Shown here: positions 50,772-63,819 of the stretch, in pieces
Layout of the letters: every line of letters starts with the position of its first letter
How positions within the stretch are numbered: position 1 is the first letter of the stretch
Source: Xylographa opegraphella
Lineage: Eukaryota
Reading direction: 5' to 3'
NCBI GenBank assembly: GCA_022813865.1
Contig: JALDZX010000012.1
Coordinates: forward strand, 1 to 64,000
Length of the DNA stretch: 64,000 nt
Translations under genes and position numbers: made by a program
Notes under the pieces: model-generated
The model's database searches: none
Told to the model about the DNA's origin: nothing
Seen by the model: the letters and a program-made list of their open reading frames with translations, nothing else

Positions 50772-52116
50772 ATGTCTTACGATCGCCACGAGACCTCGCG
50801 CCGCCGACAGGGCTATGGCGCGTCCACGCACAGAAGTACTTTGGGCTACTGGGTGCCCCTAGTGCTCACTGTTACCGTTGCTACAATTGGACTTGCGGCT
50901 TGGATATGGAAAGAGAGGAGTGATGACGATGACCACAACGAGAATCGGAAGCGACCTGGAGGGCCTCCGCCCGCCCTTGGGAATGTCGGAAATGGGCAAC
51001 CGGCTTATGCACGAGGGTCCGACAACCAACCACAAGATGACGCGACCATGATGGCACGTATGTCTGGCGCATTAAGGCGTACCCCAAGTCCTCAACAAAT
51101 CTTCGACAGTGCGAGTCGTCATGTGGTGGCAGGTGTAGCTGCTGCTGGAGCCGCAGTCGGGGGTGCCCTTTCGTCTATAAGAGAGGAAGACAAGAGAGAT
51201 TTTGAGGATCACACGAGATGGTCCGAAGAAGCTAAAGCTCGAGTAGTAGGTGCGCCAGAGAAAGGAATACCTCAAGTCGGACCGGAGCCGGCTATGGATT
51301 TATCTTCGCGACAAGCATCACAAGGGCGCAAGCCAGGCGAAAAGAAAAAGGCAGTTGCAATTTGTGTTTCCGCGGAGTCGAAGCATCATAGACCTCATGA
51401 AGAAGAAGTTGCATACATTCAGGCACATGCTGTAAGACTTTCCATATTTCGTTGTCGGACTTGAACAACGACTAATTCTTTGGCAGTCAATCTTATCACA
51501 TCTTCCGGATCATATTGACGACGACTGTCGTGTTTTTATCCTCATATATTCTCCTGATCTCAAGAAACATCCACTCGCTGCTCACTCTGATCCTAGCCGT
51601 CTTGCAGCGTCAATTACTTCCTCGTACTCGAATATCGAGCATGAAGATCTACATAGTCCTGGTGAAGAGATAGACAAACCCCTTACTGCTATTGAGCCGA
51701 ATCCAGACACCTCCCCAGAGAGATCCGACATGTTCAATGCATTGTACGCCGAAGCTCAAGGACTTGTGGAGAAGCCGACAATGATCATGCCATTCACCAC
51801 AGCCACGGGTTATGTTTCTCTCTTGCGACATATTGCTCCGGAAGTTGTGTATGTGCAATCTACCCTATCAGGCCCTGGTGGTGATGTTGTGAAGCATATT
51901 TCGGGTTGGGTCGGCCAAGTGGTGCTGGTCGTGGGAGACGACAGCGGACATGGTGGACTTGTTGATAGTGAGGACGAACGAGGTGCGCACGGTGATGATG
52001 TTCGAGATAACTGGTGGCACAATGATCCAAAGATTGGCCTTGGTAAGGGTATTGAGGTGGTGGACGGCTTGAGAATTGGTGAGCACTGGAGAAGGCGGGT
52101 TCGCGGTCATGATTGA
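50772..52116 (+). CDS. Pex22-like peroxisomal membrane protein of filamentous fungi, 2 exons (intron 51432-51486)
   Basis: N-terminal anchor GYWVPLVLTVTVATIGLAAWIW, DFEDHTRWSEEA, HASILSHLP, FILIYSP, WVGQVVLVVGDDSGHGGLVDSEDE, GLGKGIEVVD. Confidence 0.75.
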
Positions 52117-52597
52117 TTCTAAGACGAAATGGTGTCATTATATGTTAGCAAAACGTCTATCTTTTGAAATGTGCCATGTTTCTTACCCAGATATTATCAT
52201 TCTGAAACTTAGCCTGCTAAGTACCTAGGTACCCCGAGCTCTGGACTGTAGGGCTGAAATAAGCGCTCTAGGCGAGGTTATCCTACGTCCCTCGTGAGTC
52301 GTGACTAGCCGCTTGAACCTCATTCTACAGCGACCGAATGGAATGCGCCCGACAACTGGGACCAAGTGTGGCATTACATCCCCATAAATTGGGACCAGTC
52401 TCCGCTATACGGAGACTCTGCTCGTGTTGGCAGTTTCTCAGACATCTTCAGGAAGCTCAACAACTGTCGTTAACCCCTTCTCCTCACATGTCGCAACAAA
52501 GGACATACTTCACAAGGTGGAGGTTGACGGTCTTGGCTCGAGAACTCAATACCTAATTCAGGTTTTAGCAAAAGTAAAAGGATTTTCGGTGCGCACA

Positions 52598-55437
52598 ATG
52601 GCGACCGCTGTCTCTGCCAGGCCTGCTCCGCCACTGCAGAAGATAAAGCGACCCCCACCACCAATGGTACAAACTTCGATGAATGGGGTCAAGTCCTCCC
52701 ATTCATCACCATCGCCGTCGCTGAGCTCGAAGCGCCCGCCTAATGGATTTAAGCATCCACCCAGTACACCTGCCACGAATGGAGTGAATAGCACGCTTAA
52801 TGGCTCGGGATCGCGCATAAGTAATCGACGGAGAGATTCTCAAAGGCCTAGTGATATCACTCGTCCACCTAGGAGTGCTAGGCTCGGAACAGGCGATGGA
52901 GGACACAATGATAAGAGGGCGTCGAAGAGAGTACCCGAGCCATACGGTAGGCCAAAATTATTTGTATTGGCTATGGATATCGATATATTTTCTGACTGTG
53001 CATACTTTTTAAAGTCAAAACAACTGCCTATATGCTCAAGAAGTATCGGAAGGCAGCGCCATCACTCATTCTGCACCTGCACCCCACACATTTCAGGTTC
53101 GACCTACAGGATGGCAGCTTCTCATATAACTCTCCCATGAAGATGCTACTGGAGCATGTCAGGTCTCAGACAGTGCCCCATGATATGTTAGATGAATTGA
53201 AACATACTGGGGTTAAATTCTATGAGAGTATAGTTTGTCCATGTCTGCAGCCCCGGTCATTGTTAACACGAAGGTTAGATTGCCTCCTCATACAGATACA
53301 GGATCACCGAAACAGCTCGGCCGCTTCGCAATCAAGCTCTAGTAATGCTATTGTCGATAAGAACGTTCCTTTCTCGATTCATAACTACAACGAACATCTC
53401 ACACCTTCTCCTTTCGTTCCGTATCCACATTCGAAGTCCCTAGACTACGCCTCCAATGCACAGCCGAAGGCTATATCGAATCCCTCAGCAGCCGATGCGG
53501 TTTCTGCTGGTTCTGAAAAAGAGAACGTCTTACCAAAAGAAGAGCCGAGCGATGATGCAGTAGATACTTCCAAGGGTCCTAAGATCTTTACCACTGTTTT
53601 ATTCTCAACTCCCTTTTCTCTACAAGAAGAATTATTGACGTTCGCAAACATGCCAGATCACAGGGCAAACAATCGCAAACAGTCGCAGATGAGCGCACGG
53701 ACACCTGCCTCTGCTACAATGCCACATCCGCCAACACCATCCTCCGCAGTGCTTTCTGCGACGCCTTTTCCATTGGGGCCACCTTCAAAAAGGCAGAAAA
53801 TGATGTTCACTGGAAAAGATTTGGCTGTTCTAGAGGAGAAATTGATCGCTGCTACGGCACCACCATTATTTTTAGACCCTGTGGATAGCCCACAAGATGT
53901 ACAGGAACTGTTACACAAGCTTCAAGATCCCCTCTCGAGCAATAACCCACCAGCACCCAAGTCACGAAAACGCACAGTCGCCGAGCTGGCAGCTGATGAG
54001 GCCCTCGCAGCCGAAGAGCAACGTTTTATGCTTATCATGGATGAGCGACTGGTGCCAACTGCAGCTAATGCAGGTGTCGGCAACCCTTCTGCCGCTGACG
54101 ATAATGCTGGTGCGGCATCTTTCGAATCTCGTTTCGAGCGCTTCAAAGCGATCGAAGACATTAGGCACACCCATCAGGAGAAAGCACAGAGAGAGGCCGA
54201 ACAGAAGCAACAACTACAATATCAGCAACAAGTCATGAAGCAACGAATGGAGCAGCAGCAACGCGAGAATCAACAGCAAAACAACCAATTAAAGATGCAA
54301 GAAGCAGCCAGAAGATCACAAGCCATGATGCAAATGCAAAGCCAGCAGTTGCACCAGCAACAAATGATGCATCAACCACACCTTCCTCCAGGCTCAAACT
54401 CCCATGGGCACCCCCAGACTACGAATGCGATGACACAAAATGCATTTCAGATTGCAGCTAGTCAAGGTCAACATTCGTCACCAATTGTGAGAAACATGAC
54501 ACCAATGAATGTTTCATCGCCACTGGTTGCAGATGTAATGGTAGCTCGCGGTGGTCATGGGGCTTCAATGAATGTCACATCTTCCAATCAAGGTGCAGGG
54601 AGTCCACCTCGACCTGGTTCGGCTGTTCAACATGCTCATCCTTCGGTTGCGGCATCGATGACAGGCCAACGTAGTCAACAACCCCCAAGTCGCAATGGTA
54701 CTCCTCAGATGTCCAATGGGACACCCAGGCTACAGCAATCCACTCCAGTTATAAGCAATGTCACCCCCACTCCCAGAATGAGCCACGGTAGTCCCCCGAA
54801 CCCCACTATAGCAGCAACTCCCGTGTTAGGCCAAAACAACATGGCCATTTCTAATCACAGTAACCACGCTTTCCCAATGACCCCCCAACAGCAGCAGTTT
54901 CAGCACCAAATAGCCGTTCAGCGCCAGCTCAATCAACAGCACCAGCAACTACAGCAGGGGTCACCACCGAACCCACAATTGGCCATGTCACCCCAAAATC
55001 TCCAGCAGCTTGCAGCTCACCACGCGATGCAAGCCCAACAGATGCGTGCCAAAGACGACGCCTATCGTCAGCAACTCCATGCCGTGCAACAGCAACAGAT
55101 GGGTGCGTCTCAGGCCGGCGCCACACAGATGGTGCCAAATAATATGACTCTCGCGCAGCAGATGCAGATGACGCCCAACATATCCCAACAGCCGGGTGCA
55201 GCGCAAACCAAATATTGGTCAACCCTGTACAGGCGATATGTATCTGAGGTCTACCAATCGATGCTTGTGCAAGCGCAGAGACAGTACGGGGAGCAGATCC
55301 CGCCGCAGATACTGGAGGGCATGAGGAAGCAAGCCACGACTCGCGCGCACGCTATGATCAAACAGAAGCAGCAGAATGTGATCATGAACCCGCAGCAGCA
55401 ACAGCAGTTTGTTATGCAGCAAGCGGCGGCGCAGAGT

Positions 55438-55475
<38 letters not shown>

Positions 55476-55560
55476 GGCGGCGAACAGGGTTCTAACACAG
55501 CAGGGTTTCCATGGCATGAATGGCCTGAATGGTATGAATGGAATGGGGGCGATGGAATAG
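52598..55560 (+). CDS. SPT20: SAGA complex subunit Spt20 family protein, 3 exons
   Basis: PSLILHLHPTHFRFDLQDGSFSYNSPMK..VPHDM..VKFYENCLLIQIQDHR, FSIHNYNEHLTPSP, RKRTVAELAADEA, Q-rich C-terminus. Confidence 0.9.
55438..55476 (+). repeat. CAG/CAA polyglutamine tract (13 codons) in SPT20
   Basis: Read directly. Confidence 0.9.
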
Positions 55561-56563
55561 TGTCGTCGTTGACGCTGTCTGTGGCGTTGTGGTATAATAA
55601 GTAATCCAAAGACAGTTTCAAGCGATACTGCAGGCTCAGGCGTTAGAAGGACAGATTGGCTGAACGATGATACCAAGGGCATTTTTGGGAAAGTATGACA
55701 TAGTGCCATGATCTGCTTTTGGAGTCGAGAGGCAGTATTTCGGCATTAACAAGGGAGGGTTGGCTTTCGTGTCTTACGATTTTGCAGATAGAGTTCTATG
55801 ACGAGTTTTGGGACTGGCTGATGCCCAAAATAGTGCTGTGGACTGAGGTCCAATATGTGCATTCACATTGATTCGGGTGATAGAAATGGTTGAGGAACGG
55901 GGCCTGTGTTCGTTCGGCTCAACAAAAATTCTTTATTCATGTTGCTACGTGTATTTATCTATTTGCCTTCATGGCTTTCTTCATTACAAAGTTCCGGGAC
56001 AATTGATCTCTCAATAGTAGTGAAGCTCAACCTCTGCTCTCCCCCGATCGAGCGTCTGGGCCGATGACTTAGATGTCGTGGCTGAGGTCATACACAATGC
56101 TTTGCACATCACATGGTGCACCACTCATACCTCACCCTCATTAATGGAACAGATTTCTTCTGGCTGTCACTTACCTTACTCCCGAATTCGACATGTTCGG
56201 CATCCAAAGCCAGCTGTCTATCATTGAGACTTCCCGTCAAAATGCTCGGTCAGACACAATATCAAGAGTGCAAACCAGAGACTAGACAAAGCAGTACCGT
56301 AGTTACCATCACATCCAAGCACTCTCTCGCGTACACACTGCAGCCGACCGCTTCTGGATCATTACCCAAGACCGAGATCATCAAGACATTGCAGGCTTTG
56401 CAGAGTATGTTGTCTAATGGATTAGCAGTTGGCGTTTTATGACATATTCAATGGTTTACGTATCTTCTAAACCCTGAATCCCAAGCTTCTCGCTCTTTAT
56501 GTTAGGTGCCAATCCCTTGGACGTAGCTCTCTTCTCCTGATGTTTTGTTTGGATGTCAAACAT

Positions 56564-57950
56564 CTATAGTCGTTTACCGCTGAACTCACAGTCAGCCTCT
56601 CCACATTTACATGGATTTGCTGGCCACGAAAAATAGAAATCCCCATAGTGCACTGTCAATTCTTCGAACGGCAATATATCTTTCTGGGCGAAGTAAACGA
56701 CGCGTCTCTTCTCGCCGACAACGACGATTTCGCCGATCAAGGAATTGGAGCACGAGTGATTGACGAACCGACACCAATTGCCCCTCCTTTTCGCAGCTAT
56801 AGTTGCCACAGGACAGCCGCTCGGGGATTCGGTTGGAGTGATGTCGATCTCCCAACCATATACATTGTCCAGGTTCCAAGGTTGATCATATGCAGACCCA
56901 TTAGGCACAATCTCACCAAGATATTCAGCCAGCATCGTGCCACTTTGTATTAGTTTCAAGGTACGAACCCCCGCACCCTTTTCCCCATAATCACGAATCT
57001 CAACAAGAGGCTCGCTGTATGTCGGGAAGTCTGTCATCTCGCACGCACATGTTATCTTGGAGTGACAACAGTCGCAGTCATCGTCGTAGCCTACCAGTGG
57101 GATTCGTGTCATTGGATTGAAAGGGTAGGGCCACATATGAGGCCACGTAGGAGGTCGAGGATACCTAGCATCAAGCCACAGCTTTTCGTCGTAGACATTC
57201 TCATCGATTACGGTCTGAGGTGTCTTTGGATCTTCCCGAGCCGTTGGCACGCGTAACCTACCTCCGGGTTGCGGAACAACTCTGGAATGCGGATGTTCTG
57301 TTTGTACCTCGTTCCCAGGAAATTTTTCGCCCAGTGTTTGGACACTTTCTACATACTCTGAAAAGGAATGATACCGTTCAAGTAGATCTTTCCATTGTAG
57401 GCCTCTTGCTTTCGCAAAATATTCGATACTTTCGTGATTTTCTAGAATACCAGCACATATCAGAGCCCACATATCCTCAGTACATTGCTCGACGGTGTTT
57501 CGAAAGGACGTGGAAAAGGCAAGCATGCTGAGCATCATTATACTGTAGTCAGCAACGATATTCCACCTGATCATTGTCCGTTGTAGTTCTCTAGAATTTC
57601 TGTCCGTTTTCGGATCGTGGTCAAATCGGCCCAGCAGTTCTAGTGCCTTTTCCACTTCATCAGGGAGATCGTCCCTGAAGCCGTGTTTGGCACGTACATA
57701 ATCTACACATGTGGTCAGGAAACCAAAACCATACAAAAACCGACACCGGCAACTTACCAATAGGTAGTATGATTGATCTTATATTCTGGCTTGGATTCTG
57801 AGCGTTGAAGTTGATAATTTTGGTGCTCCGTCTGTGTAAGTCTCCATAAATGCTTGATAATACACTGTTGGCTTTAACTTTAGCTTCATTTGTATCATCA
57901 ATATCCTCAATGCTGTCAATCACTTTATCATTCGAGATTCGGGGCGGCAT
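56564..57950 (-). CDS. Orphan SET-domain protein (putative lysine methyltransferase) with post-SET cysteines; start uncertain
   Basis: KGAGVRTL..LAEYLGEI, GNWCRFVNHSC, EELTVHYG..YF, CKCGEADC, with upstream CDCCH..CAC. Intron 57757-57703 joins the MPPRISNDK exon. Confidence 0.82.
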
Positions 57951-58986
57951 GTTCCCAATATAGAATAGGGATTTGAACAATCTGAATATCCGTCCGTAGG
58001 TTAGACGAGTATTCTATATCGGTAGGGTGGGAGGCCTGCACGACTACGCTGTGTGCAGTACTGGCTGTGTGATCGATAGTGAGTATTATGACTCCGATAA
58101 CCGGCCAGACACACAGCTTCATCCAGCAAATCCTGGAGATCTTCCGGATTATATGCTAGGCATTGGGCTCGGGGACATGGGATAGCCATGGTGCTGCCCG
58201 TGCAAGAAAGAAATCAAAATTCCCCATTAACAAAGCTCCGTTGTCTTTTTCGTGTAGCACATCTTTAAAAGACCTAGCCTTACTAGTGATGCGGCGTAAG
58301 TTCCAAAATATGGTAGTAAACAAAGGGTATCGTGAACGAGAAAGTGGAAGTAGGTCCGAAGATAAAGAGCCAATATTACAGAAACGGCATCAGGGAGGAG
58401 AATGAAACGGCGGATAAATCGTGATTGGACAGATTGATTTCCTGAAGGTCGTGTGCACCACAACGACCGCAATAGGAAAGCGGAAACAAAATATAGTACA
58501 TGGTTAAATTTGCTTGCAAAAATAATATGCTCACTCATGTATAACGGTGGTACGAGAGACTAAATCTTCATCGTTGAATAAAATGCTGTTACTACAGTAT
58601 AGGTCCTGAATTCAGCAACGTGCACACAGCATAAATCAAGCGACTCAAATGGTAGAACAGATATCTGAGTTGGTGAGTGGCTTCGAAGATAATTGTAGTT
58701 CCCTCGTACCTCCGTAAATTGAGATGATTGTCAGGGGTTCGGAGCCTGAACATTAGTCCTAAACGCGGGCCGAGCTTTAATTCTCCGCCTCGGCCCTCGG
58801 CCAGCCGATCAGCCAATGAGCCAGTGACGTACCAAATTCCCCACCACTAAAAGATTGGGTCTCGTTAACCCAGCTCTTCAGATGTATACTCGGGCAGAAA
58901 TACATGGCTAATCTCCATTGTGCAGTATTCCAGACCTTTTGTCTCGCGCAATAGTCTGTACAGTGGTAGATAGCTTCAGAAGAAAA

Positions 58987-60817
58987 ATGTCCTCACTGGC
59001 TAAGAACATCAACCGTGCAGCATCGAGGCAACTGTGGAAGTACACCTGTATCAGTCGCAGACCTCTGATACGGCCGCTCTCGGGCAATTGTGGAGTTCCG
59101 AATTACAGATATCAATTCCGAACCATGGCCACAATGACGAATGAGCCTGGCGGTCCGAATGCTGCATCGATATCTCCCATTTCTCGAGAATATGACCCGG
59201 AAATCAAGGATATGGCCAACTATGTACACAACTACAGTATAAATTCTGAACTTGCAGTAGGGCTCTCCTCGAGATATCAGGAGTACCGGCTGACGTTGGA
59301 GCACTCCCTAGTTTGATACAGCTCGGTACATCTTCCTCGACACATTGGGATGCGGTTTAGAGGCTCTCCGCTTCAAAGAGTGTACAAAGCTGCTCGGCCC
59401 AATAGTAGAGGGAACGGTGGTACCGAATGGCACACGCGTACCCGGTACTCCATACGTGCTCGATCCCGTCAATGGAGCTTTCAACATAGGGGCCATGATT
59501 CGATGGCTCGACTACAATGATTGCTGGTTGGCTGCGGAGTGGGGCCATCCTTCAGACAACCTTGGTGGTATCCTAGCCGTGGCCGATTGGGTGACGCGGA
59601 CAAACCGGAACGGAGGGATGATTGGAAACGGAACAGTGCTTAAGGTCAAGGATATTCTGGAAGCCATGATTAAAGCACATGAAATCCAAGGATGTCTAGC
59701 TCTGGAAAATTCGTTCAACAAAGTGGGCCTAGATCATGTTCTCCTAGTAAAGGTGGCGACAGCTGCTGTAGTTTCTAAGATGCTTGGACTTTCGGAGAGG
59801 CAGACTGCAGACGCTATTTCTCAAGCATTTGTGGATGGTCAGAGTCTTCGAACATATCGACACTCACCAAACACCATGTCACGAAAGTCTTGGGCTGCTG
59901 GTGATGCATGCCAACGAGCAGTGAATCTGGTACTTAAGGTACAAAGAGGCGAGCAAGGTGTCCCAACTGTCCTTTCTGCTCCAATTTGGGGATTCTATGA
60001 TGTACTTTTCAAAGGTAAAAAGTTCGAGTTTCAGAGGCCATATGGAAGCTATGTCATGGAGAATGTTCTATTTAAAGTCTCGTATCCAGGTCAATAACCC
60101 TCCCTTCCTGCATGACTATCAGTGATGTACTGATTTATGCAGCGGAATTTCATTCGCAAACGGCAATCGAAGCTGCAAAACATATCCATGCACAACTGAA
60201 AGAACAAGGCAAATCAGCAGAGGACATCAAGGACATAACCATCCGGACTCATGAAGCATGTGTCCGAATTATCGACAAACAATTCAAACCAATGGATAAC
60301 TTTGCGGATCGAGACCACTGTATTCAGGTATAATCCCGAATTCTTGAGTCTGCGAATGGTGTCGTTCAATGTGGCTGACCAGACTCGACAGTATATGGTA
60401 GCCACAATGCTCGTGTTCAACCGGCTCGAAGCAACCGACTATACCGACGGCTCCGAAGCCGCTACCTCCGAATTAGTCGAGTCACTACGCACTCGCATCA
60501 AGTGCGTGGAAGACCCACAATTCACTAAAGACTACCATGAAGCATCTCTCCGATCCATCCCGAACGCGCTTACCGTTCATCTGAATGATGGATCGGTACT
60601 GGAAGAGGTAGTAGTGGAAGCGCCGCTTGGGCACCGACTCAGGAGGGAGGAAGCAAAGCCGGAGATCCTGAAGAAGTACAAACGGCATCTAGGACCGCAT
60701 TTCAGCAAGGAAAGAGTTGAGGAGCTGGTGGATCTAGGAAACAACTCCAAAAAGCTGGAGGAAATGCCTGTGGATCAATATGTTGACATGTACGTCAAAG
60801 CGAAAATGGACTGGTAG
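58987..60817 (+). CDS. PDH1: 2-methylcitrate dehydratase (PrpD/MmgE family), mitochondrial presequence, 4 exons
   Basis: [75 protein letters not shown]. Introns 59257-59311, 60090-60142 and 60328-60391. Confidence 0.96.
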
Positions 60818-61089
60818 TTTACATATATCTTACTCAATCAAATTCTCAAAAGCCTTTGGCGGTGGGCATGTTATTGGATTTATATTCGATCCCATCTCGC
60901 CACTGATAAGTTGTGCTGTGCTGCGTTCATGTCATGTTAAAATCTATTTGATCTAGCTTGTTCGCTCGGTTGTTGAAAATAGAAGACCATCGCACGCAGC
61001 AAGCAGTAGCACCAACCCAGACCGGCCATGCAGGCCAGTCGGAGAGCAATCTCGCCGCAAATATAGTACTAGGCTTACTCGCCCCCTCC

Positions 61090-61892
61090 TTAAAGCTTGG
61101 AGAGTACAGCGTCAGCTCCTGACACAGACACATCGCCCCCGCTCGCCTCCTTCTCGGCGTAGGTTATTTTTCCATGATCAATGATCAATGCATACCGTGC
61201 CGTGCGCTCGCCCATCGTCCAGCCGATCGTTTGGGAGAATTTTGTTCCTACATCTGACAGGAAGAGCTGTACGCAAAGCAGAGGTCAGTGATGGCCTAGT
61301 ACAAACAACGTCCTCTTGCTCCGTGCGTCGTTCACGTAGACGCGGTACTGGCTCCAATGCGAGAGCACGGAGCACAAGGAAAGAGCACAAAGAACATACA
61401 ATGTCATCGTTCTTCACCCCGTTGGCCTTGCTCCACGCATTCATGACAAATGCATCGTTGTAAGCTATCACGGCCACGATATCCACGCCTTTGCCCTTGA
61501 TTTTCTCAAGGTTGTCGATGAAGCCGGGGAGATGGCGGACAGAGCAGCCGGGTGTGAAGGCACCTGTGAACATGAGCCGTACCGTCAGCAACGAGTACCA
61601 GCTTTGTGATGCTTGGGAAAGCGCAGGTTGGTTTTGCCTATCCGTACCACAGACGTACCAGGAACGGAGAACAGAACAACCTTTTTGTTAGCCCACTCTT
61701 TGCTGGCATCGTAGTTGATGGGAATGCCGCATGCGGTAATGGAGTCCTTCTCCGGAGTATAGGGTACATAGCTGGCAGATGGGATCAGTATCTGGTTACC
61801 GAGGTTGAGGGGACATGGCCTGTAAGCGGAATTGGGACTGACGAGAATGTTACACCTTCCGGAAACGAGTCTCCAATTTTTGGTCCCGACAT
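61090..61892 (-). CDS. PMP20: Prx5-type peroxiredoxin (Pmp20/Ahp1/Asp f3 family) with PTS1, 4 exons
   Basis: [61 protein letters not shown]. Confidence 0.93.
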
Positions 61893-62292
61893 TTCGGATT
61901 AGGATTTCAGGAATGGTGTTAGAAGTATGGAAGAAGGGTTCATGCAGTAGGAGGACTTTCTACTTGTGCAGTGAGATATGACTGTTCAAAGGTTTCAAGT
62001 CTCATTGGTGGGGCAGACATCTGGAGACCCCTGCCCCACTTCACGGTACTGGGATATGCAGGGTCCGATGCAGCATTGGTAGAAGTATGCTCAGGTAACG
62101 TAAGGCACCTAAGCTGTAGTGGTCGTCGAAAAACAGATTAGGTAGTTACCGTGGATTCCAAAGCTCATGCTGGCCTTATAGATAAGCTATAATACATTGT
62201 TAACTATCGCTTATGCTTTTATATAAGACCTTAACGCCGTCTTATTGACCGCATTGTACAGCTTGGAGAAGTAGTCGAGTATCCAGAAATGC

Positions 62293-63819
62293 TCAAAGCT
62301 CGATATTCTCAACAAAAGGCTCAAGGCGCTCCATGAGGTCTTCCTCGCTGAGTTCCTCGCCTTCCCATTGTTGCATGACAGCTCCAATTTGCTTTGGAGG
62401 AATGAGCACGCTGCTGATAACGTGAATGACGCCATCTTTAGCTACGCCGTCTTGTACTGCCACGCGGCTGAAGCCGTTAATCTTGATATCGATAAGCCGA
62501 CCATAACGAGCAATGTCGATGCTCAAGGAACGATCCTCGAGAAGAGTGGGGAGATCAACCTGGTCAGGTGTCAGTCAAGGAAGAAATTTAGGAAGATCAT
62601 GCCTTACGTGAAAGTATCCTTTAGGAATGTTCGCTGCACCAGCGTCATCGGACGCTTCATACCAGTCCGAGTAGAGAGTCTTATTCGCGGCGACGTGGTA
62701 CTTCAACAGAGCCTTGAGGTATTTGAGACCGAATCTGCTGAAGAGGAAACCATTGATTTTTGGGCCAAGCTTCTGGAAAGCAAAGTTTGACGGGGCGAAT
62801 AACGTACCACCGACGTGAGTATCGGTATCGTTGATGGCTGCATCTAAGCCGGTTTTGACCAACGCAAGCTCAAGCGTGCTGAATTCGCCGGGCAATAATC
62901 CGATTATAGTTGCGCTTTTTGGTGGTGGAAGAATCAGACTATCGACGCCGTGAATAACACCGTTACTTCCAAACTGGAAATGTCAGTCATCTCGGACGGG
63001 AAGTAATGATAGCGAACATACAATGTCGATTGCAACGACTCTGCTATAGAAATTGACTGTCAATCCTCTCAACCCGATATTGGTGCTCAATCTCTGGGCA
63101 GCTCCTCCCAGACGTTCTTCCAAAAGCAAGCTGGGGATTGTATGGGAGACCAAGACTCTGGCCGCCGGGTAGAAGTCAGCTGAGACGTGGTATGTCAGTA
63201 CCTTCTTGAGGACTTCCTTTGATGGCTTCGGGGCATGTTCGGGGATCTTCTCGAAGGCCTTGTCGGTTGGCGCGAAGACAGTGTAATTGGCGGTGGTGCC
63301 GTTAAGAAGTTCCACAAGGTCATCAAATTGGTTAATAAGACTCGCGAGTTTTGTAGTGTATTTGCTTGTGGCGATCAGCTCATAGACAGTCATGTTCGAC
63401 TTGTGGTGGGGTTTGTTTCCACGGTGAGGACCATGATGAGGTCTTTTGCGTCCAGGATGATCTGTATCATGATCTCCATGACCTTCATCCTCCTCACCCT
63501 TCGACTCGGATAGACTGTAGATACTATCCAGCCAGGCTTTCGTGTCAAAGTATGAAGCTTCGTTGAATGTTTGCTCAGCAGTGTCCACGGTTTCAGTGAA
63601 AGACTCGATGGCATTATCGAAAGCATTCTTGGAGCTGTCCACTACCCGGGAGAAAGTGTGCTCAAACTCTTTCACAAGCTGATCCTTTGAGGGAAGGGAG
63701 TCAAACACAGAGCCGGCAGACCGATGTGATTCGATCCCAACCTGGCTCATAATCTGCTCATCCGGGATGACGAGGGCGGTCGAAAGCGCCGCAAGCGGCA
63801 AAATATTGGAGAACCGCAT
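62293..63819 (-). CDS. Secreted fasciclin (two FAS1 domains) protein, 3 exons
   Basis: Signal peptide; YTVFAPTDKAF..LTYHV; NGVIHGVDSLI; TLFAPSNFAF..LKYHV; DGVIHVISSVLIPP. Confidence 0.92.
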
